DNA of 64,000 bases from Calcarisporiella thermophila CBS 279.70 (GCF_041956535.1 NW_027192194.1:674545-738544), one strand, 5' to 3'. Numbered from the stretch's first letter, positions 1 to 12,139 are shown. A program made the numbers and translations. Notes: a model not told the origin generated them from the sequence alone.

Positions 1-384
1 GAGATACCTCTTGAACCCCAGCCTGTTCACTAAAAACCCCGTAAGCATAGAGCCGAGTAGGTAGCCGGCCAGATCGGAGAGAAAAGCCAAGGAGACCTGG
101 CTGTCATTAAGGGAGTAGTATTTCCGCACTTGAGGGAGCACGAGCCCAAACGTGCCGTCGTCGGATCCAACAAAGAGGAACATCAAATAGCACAATAGGA
201 GGGTAGCCCACCAGCGCCATTTCTTTGCCAGTCGACTGGCCGTGCTATCTGCATAGCTCTCATTAGAGTTGGTCGAGATGGTGTTGGTGATATCCAACTC
301 CACTGTTTCTGTTGACTCTTTTAATGAGGAATTGGATACTGAGTCAGTTTGCTTTGTGGTCGAAGTATTTTGGCTGGCCTCCAT
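1..384 (-). CDS. MFS transporter, N-terminal part (runs off window start)
   Basis: Manual translation from ATG at 384: MEASQNTSTTK...KKWRWWATLLLCYLMFLFVGSDDGTFGLVLPQVRKYYSLNDSQVSLAFLSDLAGYLLGSMLTGFLVNRLG. This is a TM1-TM2 pattern plus an MFS motif A-like GxLxxRLG. Not in the ORF track because it is truncated. Confidence 0.8.
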   Translation of the reverse strand, partial: MEASQNTSTTKQTDSVSNSSLKESTETVELDITNTISTNSNESYADSTASRLAKKWRWWATLLLCYLMFLFVGSDDGTFGLVLPQVRKYYSLNDSQVSLAFLSDLAGYLLGSMLTGFLVNRLGFKRYL

Positions 385-1017
385 GAGTTTAGATCAGCAT
401 CTAAGCTTGCTATTCTTCATGTAAAAACGCGAGGAGATCTTTAATGAGAGTACAAATAGGATGCAATAGAGACAAGCGGCTGCTGTAAAGTTGAAGGAGA
501 AAATAAGGTGAGGGAACACTTGCGGCTTTCCTAAATAGAGGGATCCGTACAAGACTGGGCGGAAGGGAGAGGGGGAGGTGGGGGATTTAAAAGAAGCGGG
601 GAAAAGGGAGGGGGGGGGGGGTAGGAAAGGATTTTGAACCCTTTTTTTCTTGGAAAATGACAATTATGCTGAAACCTGCGCCTGAAGGGTGGCCACAGGG
701 TCTTAAAATACCTGAGGAAGCTTCCTAAATTTAGCCATCAGGGACCAGTATGGATCACCATAACCTGATGATTCTGTTTCGATAAAACTTTGCTGAAAAA
801 TCCAACCCACTTTCTCATCTTTGGTGAAGTCTGTGCACGAAATTTGGAATGGCTCTATCAAGAGCTTAACCATGAAAAAAAAAAAATACCAAGAAAAATT
901 TGAAACCGGATCCAGCTCCATGATTTGCTGATCGCTATTTACAACTGAAATATATTATCCCTTGAACATAGGATTACACATATATCAAAAAAGCTTAGGT
1001 TGAATAGAAAATGAATC

Positions 1018-1921
1018 TTATGTCGCAACTGCTGTGCTCGCAGCATTCTCACCAAAAGCGTCCTCCTCCGTGGATTCTCCCTTCTCCTCGAGCAACTTCT
1101 CCACAATCTCCACCTGTTGCGTAAACTTGATGACGTCGGCATCTGCAATACTAAGTTCGAAGGAGGATTTGAGGAGTTGGAGAGCGATTCTGTCCTCTTC
1201 TTGGCGCAACTTGTTTCTATCTTCAAGACACACTTCCATCTTTATGGAAATAAAAAACAATGTAGGAGAAAAATTAATAATAGGTTCAGCTTCGTCATCC
1301 AATAGGAGAAATTATTCGGCCAACAACACCAACCTCTTTCTCCTGCTCTGGTGCCCAGGAAATTTTCACCACTTGGCGAGCAGCGGGTGGCATTTGTCGT
1401 GAAGTGAGAGGAGCGGTAGGAAGGGATGCGGGACCAGCATAGGGAGAAGAGCCAGCCTGCCCAGTTCGTCGATAGTAAGGCGATGGGGAGCCCGTGTGTC
1501 TGCCGTAAAATCGAGAACCCGTTGGGGTTGGAGTGCTCTGCGGCATTCCATATGAATTAGAGTGTGGGGTAATATTGGTTGGTTTGGAAGCAGATGTTGC
1601 TAAGAAAGAGGGAGATCGGCGGTCACTGCCTCCGCTACTTCCACTCCCGAATCGCCTGTCGCGATCTCGCTCACGATCCTTTTCCCTGTCCCTTTCGCGA
1701 TCCCGATAATCCCGGTCGTAGTCTCGCTCTCGCTCTCTATCTCTGTCGCGATCTCTGTCCCTTTCGCGCTCTCTGTCTCTATCTCTATCCCTGTCGCGAT
1801 CGCCACGATCTCTCTCCCGATCTCGTTCTCTTGGACTATCACGTCCTCGATCGTAGCCACCAGATCGATGTCTACTCCCTGAATATCGGTCCATCATTAA
1901 TGGTTGAGGTTGTTGAGACAA
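1018..1921 (-). CDS. RD/RE dipeptide-repeat (mixed-charge) protein with C-terminal coiled coil, 2 exons
   Basis: ORF 1295-1921 (RDRERD tract, S/P-rich linker) splices at ...EQEKE|gttggt to ...ataaag|[36 protein letters not shown] (ORF 1018-1302). Confidence 0.75.
1655..1855 (-). repeat. Degenerate GA-rich repeat encoding (R[D/E])n
   Basis: Plus strand shows runs such as tctcgctctcgctctctatctctgtcgcgatctctgtcc; translates to [25 protein letters not shown]. Confidence 0.85.
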
Positions 1922-2188
1922 TATTTTGCAGATTTAATTCCACTCTGTGACTTGCTTTGAAATGTGGCTTAGCTTGAGTACAAATCCCTATTTTATGCAT
2001 CGAGACAATCTTGAGCACATACCCATGGCCATAGAATGTCCTTCATTCGGAAATATGCTTTCCACCCAATTGGTTGCTAAACTTGACCAGATCAACCTTA
2101 AAGAAGGGAATCTTCCATCGTATGGAAGTCAAGGGAGACCACTGGAGAGGGCGGTGGGTTTGAAAACAAGGGGGAGGGATATTACTCC

Positions 2189-2195
2189 TATAAAA
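2189..2195 (+). promoter_or_regulatory. TATA box upstream of the candidate structured RNA
   Basis: TATAAAA on the plus strand, ~40 nt before the first hairpin. The nearest plus-strand CDS starts 1.1 kb downstream. Confidence 0.4.
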
Positions 2196-2224
2196 GGGCG
2201 GTAATACATATGCAGCCTGCATCA

Positions 2225-2985
2225 AGTAATAATCAGCTGGCAGCTGCATATCTCTCCAATCTCGCCTAGAAAATTAAAGTGCTGCCAGCCAAAAAACAAA
2301 CAAGTCTTGTTGCACCCAGCGGTGTATCAACTCTTGGGAGCTGTTCACATGTCAACAGGTCCTAGCGAACCACATCTGCATGGAAGCAGATGGAAGTGAT
2401 GCGCGCCGAGTCCAGCTCCTAGGCACTGGGTCCTCCTGACTAGGAGCTGGGGGCTGGTGGCCGTTAGAGGGGAGAGGGGATTCCCTAGGATGTCGCCTGC
2501 GGAAAGCTTTGTTGACGAGGAGTTTCATATTGGGAGCTTGGCCATCTATCGATGCTCGCCCTGCTGGATCGCAAAGCGAGATGTGTGTGACGTAAATCTG
2601 GAAGGGGCACGTTGCAAGCTGGGTTTGGCTCGGTGTTTTCGCAAGGTCGTGCCCGGCAGCCCCATTAGTGCTGGGGGGAATTAAATACAGGAACTCCGGG
2701 TGGGCCGAGTGCGTTGAAATTACGGCCTGCGTCTGGCAGATCGGCGTCGCGGCCTGGTGGCCTTTTGCCCACCGCGCGGTAATCCGAAGGCTGTGCAGCT
2801 TGGTGCGGGTGCATGACAGCGCAAGAGAGATCGGCTGGGCTGGCGGGGAGCCCTGGGGCTCGCGCAAGCCCTTTGAAAGCTGCACACCGTGACATCCCCA
2901 TCACATGCATGGAGCGGATTTGGAGGCGTTTTCTGTTGCCCTTGGGCCGTGGATGGCGGAAAGCCCTTATCGCCAACTCTTAACC
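2225..2985 (+). ncRNA. Candidate large structured non-coding RNA (unclassified)
   Basis: Multiple nested perfect stems: 2236-2244/2281-2289, 2351-2357/2510-2516, 2373-2379/2386-2392, 2412-2422/2440-2450, 2605-2611/2648-2654, 2792-2801/2877-2886. GC-rich, G-U extensions favour the plus strand, and there is no credible ORF. Confidence 0.5.
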
Positions 2986-3292
2986 TCAAGTCTCAGCCCC
3001 CCGCCAGCCAATCACATTTTGACATTCGCGGAGAGGGCATGAAAGTTTCTACCCATTTTTCTCTCTGCCCTTCCAAAGGTCGCTCGCTATGATCGACCGC
3101 TCTGACTGCTCTCAGCTGTTTGTTTAAACCCGTAGTAACCTGCCCCCGCCAAAGCGCGAACCCCCCCCCAGCAAGCGGCTCCTCTTTGATCGGATTGATT
3201 TCCCCTAGTTCTCCCTCCTCTCGCCTAACTAACTACGTCCAGCCTTCCGTGCTTGTGTGCAAGATTCCTCCCAGAGAAGGGATTGGTGGAGA

Positions 3293-5658
3293 ATGAACGC
3301 CGTCATCCTTCTGGTCCACTTTTGCGAAATGCATGGCCCCAATGTCATCTTCTGCACGCAGGCATTTCATGCGCGCCCCCTCGATTCCGATTCCGATACA
3401 GTGGTCGATCCTCCCCTCTCGCCAAGCAGCCAAAAGTCGAGTGGTAAACGCGACGAGGGCAATTTACGCACCCAAGCCTCTCGATCGCAGCCTGCGGCAA
3501 ATACCCCCTGCTGTTCGGCTGTATGGCCAACTGTCGTGGGTGATCCAGCTGAATCCGGAAATGATGTTCCAACCGGATCGGTGACGGTCGATCCCGATGA
3601 CCCAAAGGTTACTTACGTGAGCTCTAAGAGCCCAAGCCATCCACAATTATATGCTGCTGTAAGACAAGCATGCGTAAGAAGGTGATCTATCATTGCATTT
3701 ACTTTAGAGATAAAACAAACAAGCCATGTCTAACGATGGGATCTGCCATCCCTCTCCTTTCCTACTCTCTCCACGATACACCAGCTTGAGCTGCGAATTC
3801 CTGCCTGGTCGCGAGGGTCCCGTTCTATTTGGCGATGATCAAAACGGCTACACCCTCAGCTACATGTTCAAAATACACGATAGCCAGGCGCGTGGCCATG
3901 TTCGCTTTTATAGCATCATTTGTCTAATGACGGACCGTATTTACCTCGTTTCATCATGGCCTTTCCTCGTGAGCAAGTTCCGCGCATTATCCCGCTTTCT
4001 TCAAATCCATGCCGACCGAGTATATGAAAAGGAAAAGCGTGCTAAAGATCGCCAGGATATGTCGAGTCGAGTGGGCCCTTATGGGCCAATGTCACCTGGT
4101 ATGATTTTACCCTATCTTGGCGTCGTTAACACATGGTTTGGGCGGCCTCCTAACACTGTTCATGTAGAGCAATTTCTTCGAAGACGTGGTACCTTGCTCC
4201 TGAGATCACTATCCGATTTGTTCAATATCAAAGTAGGGATCTTATTCTTATCTTTTATTTCTTTTCGATGGGTCCGAGTTGAATTTTTCTTTGTGAATTT
4301 TTTCCCCCTTAGGATTTATTTGTACAATTGCATGCTAATTTCAGCTGGATACTGAAGACAGCAGGCCGGCGGCTGCGAGAAAGACATTTCGATGGCCATT
4401 TGGTATGGTGTTTTATTTTTTGCACCTTATTGACCATGGAATGACAAACCTACCCTAAACCATAGACGGATCCGCGAGAAAATATACCCATCCACATGAG
4501 CTCTTGCCTTCTCCCTTCAGTTCATACTCCTGGTGAGCTTCCTCACCGTTCCTTGTCCAACGCACCTGCAAGCCGCCAAGCCAGTGATCTCTCCACTTGC
4601 ACCTCCGCTACTCTCTATAGCACCACCATGGGTGAATCCACAAGCCCCGAGATGGTCAGCAGCCTTCAGCACCTCTGGGATGCGTTGGGTGCCGCTGAGA
4701 GCCGCAAGCTTTTCTTCAATCTTGTCATTGGAAACCAGGTGGTGATACGGGGAGCAAATGTACATCTTGTCACCAGGATTGTTAATTTACTTCGAGTAAG
4801 CTATGATACTGTTATTTTCTCTTTTTTTTGGGGGGGGGGGGGGAAGGAGGAGGAGTGGAGTTGTAAATTATTTTTGGGGGAGAGGATGTGTGGATTTTCA
4901 ATGCTATTTCGCTGTATATTGATGATGAGATGTTTCTGATGTCCATTCATATTATGCACCTCTAGGATTTGATACCTGCAACCTGCTGTAGTGTAATCGA
5001 GTACGACATGGTTTACCATCCGACTTGGGAGTGTAACCTGCTTGGAATGTCTGAGATAGAAATCCCAGAGGACGTTGAGCGCACAAGCCTGGTCGTTTTG
5101 GATGTGGAGTGGGTGGAAGCGGAGAGGCATGAAAGTAAATCGGATTGCATGCGCGACTCTGATTCGAGACTTAGAGTACAGCTCAGAAGCGGCCTTGATG
5201 AGCCGGGGCTAGATCGACCACTGTCAGGGGCCCATCGTGTTCAGGGCGTCGCCCACCTGGGGGAGGCCGATTTACCTCAAATGCGGTCCCTCAAAATTTC
5301 TCAATCTCTTTCCTCTTCTGCTCCCGTTTCCTCTCTTAACACTTCTTCGCCCAATCTCATTACCGCCGCCGTGAACGCCATCACTACATCCCCTCCCCGT
5401 CTTATAGATGATTTTGAGTCCGTCTTCCAACTTCGACTCTCTCCATCACTACTTCGCTTACGCTTGGTGGCTCTTCGCGCTCACTGGTTAAGCAAGACCC
5501 GACAGTTCTATCGATATTTTCGCTCCAGCAATTCGGAATCCCCTCCTCTACGCGAATTCTTATTGGCTCTGCATCTAGACGAGCGGGATTTGCCCGTGTT
5601 GCGATTTTGGGTACGAACCTTCCGTGTGATCAATAGCTCCCTCTATCTAAAGGAATAA
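3293..5658 (+). CDS. FLCN: Folliculin (FLCN/Lst7 family), multi-exon
   Basis: N-terminus MNAVILLVHFCEMHGPNVIFCTQ; VRQACVRSLSCE...GREGPVLFGDDQNGYTLSYMFKIHDSQARG; RSLSDL...LFVQLHANFSWIL; C-terminal DENN-like LVIGNQVVIRG and DLPVLRFW. GT-AG introns restore the frame. Confidence 0.95.
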
Positions 5659-6209
5659 GCGTAGGGGTGGATGGCATCCCTTTTGCCAACGATATTTTAT
5701 ATCTTTTTTTTCACATTCATACTCGATGGGTGTTCAATTTTTTTTTTATTTTTCTAATTACTTCAGAATAGAAAGAGGCTCGCGTGAGAAATTAGGGGCT
5801 TTTTTTTTTCCTTCACCGCCACGATAGATACATAGCTCTTTTTTTTTATCTTCTTCTTTGGTTGTAAATAGGTTTGTTTGATGTGAAAGTTGAATTTATT
5901 GAATTGTGTATCTTTTTTTTTTCTATCTGCTATTTCTCTTCTCTCCCCCTGTTTTTTTATGATAACCCACATATATATATTTACTTTTTTTTATAAACCT
6001 CACTCTCTTCAATCTATTTTCAGGAACAAGCGGGTGATGGGGATAGAGAAGAAATAGAGCCATGTATGGGTGGGTGGTAGAAATATAAGTACAATAGAAC
6101 AATCTCCAATGCTTAAAATAAATAGACAGAAAATCGAGCAATAACAGGGCAAAGCGGGGTATACGTAGGGGAGTGGAGAAAAACAGCATAGACTGGTCGG
6201 GGACCCTCC

Positions 6210-7945
6210 TCAGGCCGGATTCGCCATGCTGCGTGATCGCACGCGTTTCCTATATTCAGCGACAGCCAAGGCCCACAGCCTCAGCACGATTAGCCGCGCA
6301 ATCTCAAACAGGACCAGAAACACGATCAAATAGAGGATAAAGTAAGAGATGTATTCTTCGTGCGCGGAGAAGCGGCGCGGATGGCAAAATGTCCCCTGGA
6401 AGGAATACATTCCTTTGGACTCAGTGTAAAAATCGGAGAAATAGCCGGCCAGGTTCGTGAGCGGGGCAAGTCGATAGTATTCTGGGTTTTCTCGAGGGTA
6501 GGCCCTCGGCGTGGGTCCGGCCGGGTCGAAGAGGAAGGTGGTGCGTCGGGCCCGCAACTCGGCCAGGATGGCCTCCTTTGTTAAGCTGGGAGCTTTCAGA
6601 ATGGTCCAAGCGTTGGAGGATTCAGCCGGGTGGTGCACATCGGTTCCCGTTATTTGGATGAGGTTTTTTTCTGGATGCGCTGCAATGTACTGGTAGCTGG
6701 GCAAGTCTAGCGTGTTCCCATTGACGATCTCGACCCCGTCGATGCCCCACTCTACCAGTTGCTCCAGAGTCGGGTGATCAGGGAGACGTGGCAACTGGTA
6801 TCCGTATTCTATAATAATATAGAAGAGGGCGGAGACATAAGGAGCATGCTGTTTGAGAAAGAAAGAAAGAGTAAATAAATGAAAAACGGTAGTTGGTCTT
6901 ACCCGTCGTATTGCTCCAGGGAATGTGGTTGACGATCACCAGTCCGCCCAACTCGTGGGTGCGGTTGATAGCGCGACGAAGATCGTCGTCGGTGGGGTTA
7001 GGAGGGCCAAAGGGGATGGTTTCGTTGATGCCGATTAGATTCATGTGGATTCGGCAGCAGCTGGACGGCAGGACAACGGGTCAGCTCATGCAAATAGAAT
7101 CCAAAAATATCTCTCTCTGTACCTGTACTCCATGGCGGGGATGACCACAATGGTGCCGTTGTATTTTTCCAGCGCTATTTTTTCCGCCTCCAGGCCGCCT
7201 TTAATAGTATTATGGTCGCTATAGAAAATATGGGCAGGTTAGCAAAGACAAACATGGGGCCAAACTGGTTTTCATACAACCTCACGATAACGGCATTATA
7301 TCCATTGGCTATCCAACAAGAGGTGATTAGTGTAATTGTTTAAGAATAGGCCAAAAACATTCCCAACGATTCCATACCAATATGCCAGTTGATAACTTGC
7401 TCGGGGCTCATTACCCCATCCGAGTAGGTAGTGTGCGAATGCCCATCTAGCAGTATATTGTATTCCCCGAAGCTCATATTAAAGGGAACCAAGTAGGATC
7501 GGGGGTCTGCACGCCATTCAAACTCCAACTTATCATAAAGCTCTGTATTCGGCACTGCTTTATATTTGTATAATGTCAATAATGCAAACAGCACCGCTAT
7601 GATAATAATAGTCTGAGCAAGTCGCAGGAAGAGGCCGATCAGATAAGTCTGCACATCCTTGGAGGAGGGCTTAAGTGAACGTAGAAAAGCAGGGGGCGTC
7701 AAGGTGACATTGGTAATAAAATGGGGCGATCGGTTGGATTTGTTTGGAGCCCTGTGTCGCAGATTGCCTCTAGAATTGAGGAGAGGAAGCGCAGAGGAGG
7801 CACTGGCTTCAGAAGAAGAAGAAGAGCTTCCTCCAGTTGAGGAATTCTCGGGAAGACCAGGAGCATGGGTAGCTACATCATGTATCTCCACATTATCCTG
7901 TTGATTCTTGGTGGGGGATTTTTTGGCAATGTTCGCGCCGTCCAT
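6210..7945 (-). CDS. PHP-domain (polymerase/histidinol phosphatase-like) metallophosphoesterase with N- and C-terminal TM helices, multi-exon
   Basis: DGHSHTTYSDG, VSDHNT, AMEYSCCRIH, VIVNHIPW, DGVEIVNG and GTDVH are PHP metal-binding motifs. Hydrophobic segments IIIIAVLFALLTLY and ISYFILYLIVFLVLFEI flank the domain. Confidence 0.88.
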
Positions 7946-8538
7946 CCCTCCGATTCTCCGTATACTGGTAGATTATAGTCAACTCCAGGATCAATTTCAA
8001 AACTATTGGGCTCTTGCTTAGGAGATTCTTTTTAAAGTATCGCTCTCTCCATTGAGATTACAGCCTGTGTAACGCTGAGTATTGCACAGATTTTACCTAG
8101 AGATTCAATCTATCGTTTCAACCACGTTGGCTATCCCTCGAGCTATTCGATCGACCCTCTCTTAGAGCTTCGAGTGAGATAGGACGGGGCAGGCGGCCTC
8201 ATCTTTCGTAAAGAGAGAGAGGTCGGACGCAACTGTGTACATATATATTAGATCGTTTCCATTGGGGTGCAATTGTATAATAAATCAAGCTGCACTTTGA
8301 CGTGATTCAGAAAAGTATCAGATGGCTTATATTAAAGGTGGCTTTGGAGATGACGCCCGATTTTCATTTTTTTTTTTGCAATATACTTGTCTCAAAAGAC
8401 TCTGGGGAACTAGAAACTATTCACGTTTCATCACGATCACCTCTTAAGAAAATCACATTGCTCAGTATCCTATTATCCTATTTTCTTTATCCCCTTTCCC
8501 AAGCAAATTCAGGATCCGAAAATTGAGCAAAGCTTCCT

Positions 8539-10321
8539 ATGAATCCCCTAAATCCTTATGCCACCCAAGTAACCAATGCACCCAAACGTTCTCTGCCTTT
8601 TCCCTCTTCATATTACTGTGACACCAACGACGTAGGCGCAAAGCGCATGCGTCTGCAAAACGATTCCCTCGGCATCCCTGTTGAGGCTGGAAACTGGGGC
8701 AAGCGCTCTCTCTCTCCGTTCCATAACCTTGTGCTTGCGGCAACAGAAACCAGCGAGGATACTAGCCCTCCCACCTCCATTAACAGAATGGATTTACCAG
8801 AGGGAGAGGGTGCCGAATCTCCCTCCAATTTAAGTGGAATGCATGGAGAAAAGTACTATGTATGCTCTTTGAAGGGGTGTGCACGGAAGTTTACCAATGC
8901 GACCGATCTAAGGGTTCATGAGAGGTATGTTCTTATTTTATATAGGGAATGGCGGCCATGGATTATTAATCTTGGTGAACAAACACTAAACCCCTTTCTA
9001 TTTACTCATTGGGGACGACAGTACACATTCAGGGCTGAGGCCATATGTAAGTGTATAGTCATTCCTCCTCTTGCCGTCTTAGCTGCCCATTGAGAATTCT
9101 TCATTTGCACACAGGTCTGTGGATATCAAGGCTGTGAAAAAGCATTTAAGCAAATAAGCAATTTGAGGGTAATGCATTTCAATTCTACTATGAAATAACG
9201 TTTTTCATCTTTAACTGTTTTTTTTTTCCTTCATACACCTTCACCTCATTTCTTCTTAGACCCACGAAAGAAAACATACTGGCGAACGACCTTATAAAGT
9301 GCGTGTACCATGCCGTGTTATTCCAAGGGCTTCCCTAACCTCTTCTGTATTAGTGTGGACAATGTGGCAAAGCCTTCACTCAGCTGGGGAACCTACGCAC
9401 TCATGAAAAAATCCATTTAGAAAATCGGCCCTACATATGTACTATTGACAACTGTAATCGTGGCTTTACGCAGCTTGGAAATCTGAGAGTAAGGACCGAG
9501 TGGCATTTTTTTTTAGGGCGGCCTATTGGAAATCTAATGTCTTGTTTTTTTTTTCAACCAAGACTCACCAAGCTAAAATTCATCCGGATGCATGGAGCGC
9601 CGAGGGCTCGCCCTCCAACCCCCCCGTACAAACACAATCGCCTCAGTCCGGCCGAAAAAAATCCAACTCATCCGACCTCGCTATCGAGGCTACAGCCGGC
9701 AATGCTACTGCGGCCCGATACACCCATCTTCCGACAGGACAACAGCACCCATATCCGCCGCAACCCCAACCACCGCGACCGCAGCAACAGACCGCCGTGC
9801 TCCCTCATATTACCTCCCCTACACACCCTCCTCCACCCTTTTATTATCCCTCCGCTTCATCCACACACCCGCCGCAAGCTGTAGCCCCTCCGGCCACCGT
9901 GAGTTTCCCATTCGGGTTTTCACCGTATCCCTCTCCTGGTGCTCTTAATCACGTGCCTGCGCCTGTTCAGGCCCCACTCCCGAACCCTCCAAGACGCCCA
10001 CAGCTTGACATTAAAATGACCCAGCATGTGAACAATAGCTTTGGGGTCGGTGCCGGTTCCGGGTCTGGAGTGGTGAACGGCGGTAGCGTCAATGTGAATG
10101 TAGGGGTCGGAATCAACCAGGAAAAACTCTTTCATCAAATGCACACATTTCTCGACGATCGCTCCCGCGATGTGTACGGTAATCATAATGGAGCCATGGT
10201 TGCTGCGGCCGCAGCGGCCGCGGCTGCTGCAGCATCGGCTTCGGTGGAGGTCGATGGCCGAGAATCTACATTTGAGATCCATGATGGTGCGGGGGCATCC
10301 GCTCACCATCACGGGTGGTAG
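8539..10321 (+). CDS. C2H2 zinc-finger transcription factor, four fingers, AZF1-like
   Basis: Spliced: CSLKGCARKFTNATDLRVHESTHSGLRPY-VCGYQGCEKAFKQISNLRTHERKHTGERPYK-CGQCGKAFTQLGNLRTHEKIHLENRPYICTIDNCNRGFTQLGNLRTHQAKIH. The FTQLGNL fingers are typical of Azf1; P/Q-rich tail. Confidence 0.9.
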
Positions 10322-10816
10322 GATCGCTTATCGTTTTTTTTTCCTTTCGCATGTAAATATTGGTTTGCCGTTTACTATTGTTCTTTTCCCTCCCTCTCCA
10401 TCCCTCCTCTCCCTCTCCCTCCCCCTCCCCCCTCTCTCTACCGATACTCTATTTTATTGAGATTAATTTTGGTAATTCCTCACTGTGATTCTATTTTCGC
10501 ATTCTCTCATCCTCACCAAAAAACGCTAGATCCAATACGACATCCTTTTATTCCATAAAATAAAATAAAAAAATTACAAAAATACTCTAAAACATGCAAA
10601 CGTTTATAAAGTAAAAAAAAGGGGGGAGGGAAAGGAGGGGCTAGAGAGCTAGCAAAACAAAAATGAAGCATCATAAAAAGATATGGCGAAAGGAAGCAGC
10701 ATGAAAGTATAGAATCACCCTTGTTCATAAAAATAAATCCAGGATGGATATTTATTTTAGCATTGCGTTGATTGCATAGGTGATGAAGAGGAGGAGAATC
10801 AAAAAGGGTTGCCAGT

Positions 10817-12139
10817 TTACTGCTGCGAGCACTGGACGCCGGGCTGCCCGTCCCCCATCTCCTCGTCTTCGTCATCCGCCCCATTTTCCATTCTTGCCTG
10901 TGCTCTGCTCTGCTGCCCTGCGTCCAACACACCCAATACAGCCTCCTCTACATGCTTGTCCTTGCCAACAGAGGGGAGCTCACGGCGCGGCGGCAGTATG
11001 CTCTCGAGCTTAACGATTTTGTCGGGGGAGGTCCAGTTGGGTGCGGGGAATTCCACATCAAACTTCACGTACAAGTTCCCGTGCTGATGTGTGCGATGCT
11101 GAGGCATACCCTCTCCGCTGATAACCTTGATGTCTCCCGGGCGGATAACCTCGCCCGGCAAAATGCTCACTGCCAGTACCCGGTCATCCAGGTGCTCCAC
11201 ATGGAACTGGCCTCCGGCGAGGGCGGTTAGCAGATCGATCTTCACCTCACAGAACAGATCGTCGCCCTTGCGCTTGAAGCGCGGATGCGGCTTCTCTTCT
11301 AGGACAATGATAACGTCTCCAGGTACGATACCGGGCATCTGGTCGCCCTCGCCGGAGAACGTGATCTTTTGACCCTCACGCATACCCTTGTCAATGTGCA
11401 CCTCGAGAACCTTGCGCTCATTCACAATCTTCTTTCCGTTACACTGCTTGCATCGGTCTTTATCGCGGATCACTTCGCCCTCGCCCCGGCAGTCTGGGCA
11501 AGTCTGCTGGATCTGCTGCACCAACGGGCCCATCTGCCGCAATGTAATCTTCACACCACGACCTTGACATCCACCGCACGTCTGCACGGCTCCTTCTTTG
11601 CCACCTTTACCGTCGCACTTGGAACAGATAACATGCTTCTGCAGTGCAAGTTTTGACGTCTTTCCCTTATATAGGTCTTCAAGCGAGACTTTGAGAGCGT
11701 GTGCCATGTCTTTGCCACGCTGAGGTCCTGACGGTCCACGACGACCGGCCCCTCCGAAACCTCCGAAACCTCCGAACAACTGGCTGAAGAGATCCTCGGG
11801 AGATACACCGCCACCCATTCCATCGCCTTGCAGCCCACTCTCACCATACTGGTCGTAGATTTGTCTTTTCCGTTCGTCTGAAAGGATCTCGTAAGCATGA
11901 GAGATTTCTTTGAACTTATCACCTGCTTCAGGGTTCTGTTGAGATTGTGAGAGGAAGAGAGAGAAGAAGAGGAAAACAATTAAGGATCATCAGAAGATTA
12001 GGTCGCGATCTAATTTCCTGTAACAAACCTTATCTGGGTGGTATTTCAAAGCAAGTTTACGGTAGGCCTTCTTGATATCTGATTCAGATGCATTGGGAGA
12101 GACCCCAAGTTGGTCATAATATTTTGTTTCCCTAACCAT
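10817..12139 (-). CDS. YDJ1: Type I Hsp40 co-chaperone Ydj1/Mas5
   Basis: J domain MVRETKYYD...KYHPDK, G/F region, four CxxCxGxG-type repeats, C-terminal CaaX CSQQ; one intron. Confidence 0.97.

Noticed and set aside
2328-2981. 8-bp direct repeat CAACTCTT flanking most of the structured region (possible hAT-type target-site duplication)
   Set aside because: No terminal inverted repeats inside it, and predicted stems extend beyond the left copy. Probably chance, though a copy-number search should confirm.
2352-2989. Several overlapping ORFs (up to 177 aa) in the structured region
   Set aside because: No domain motifs, mostly non-ATG starts, and open in multiple frames as expected for GC-rich DNA.
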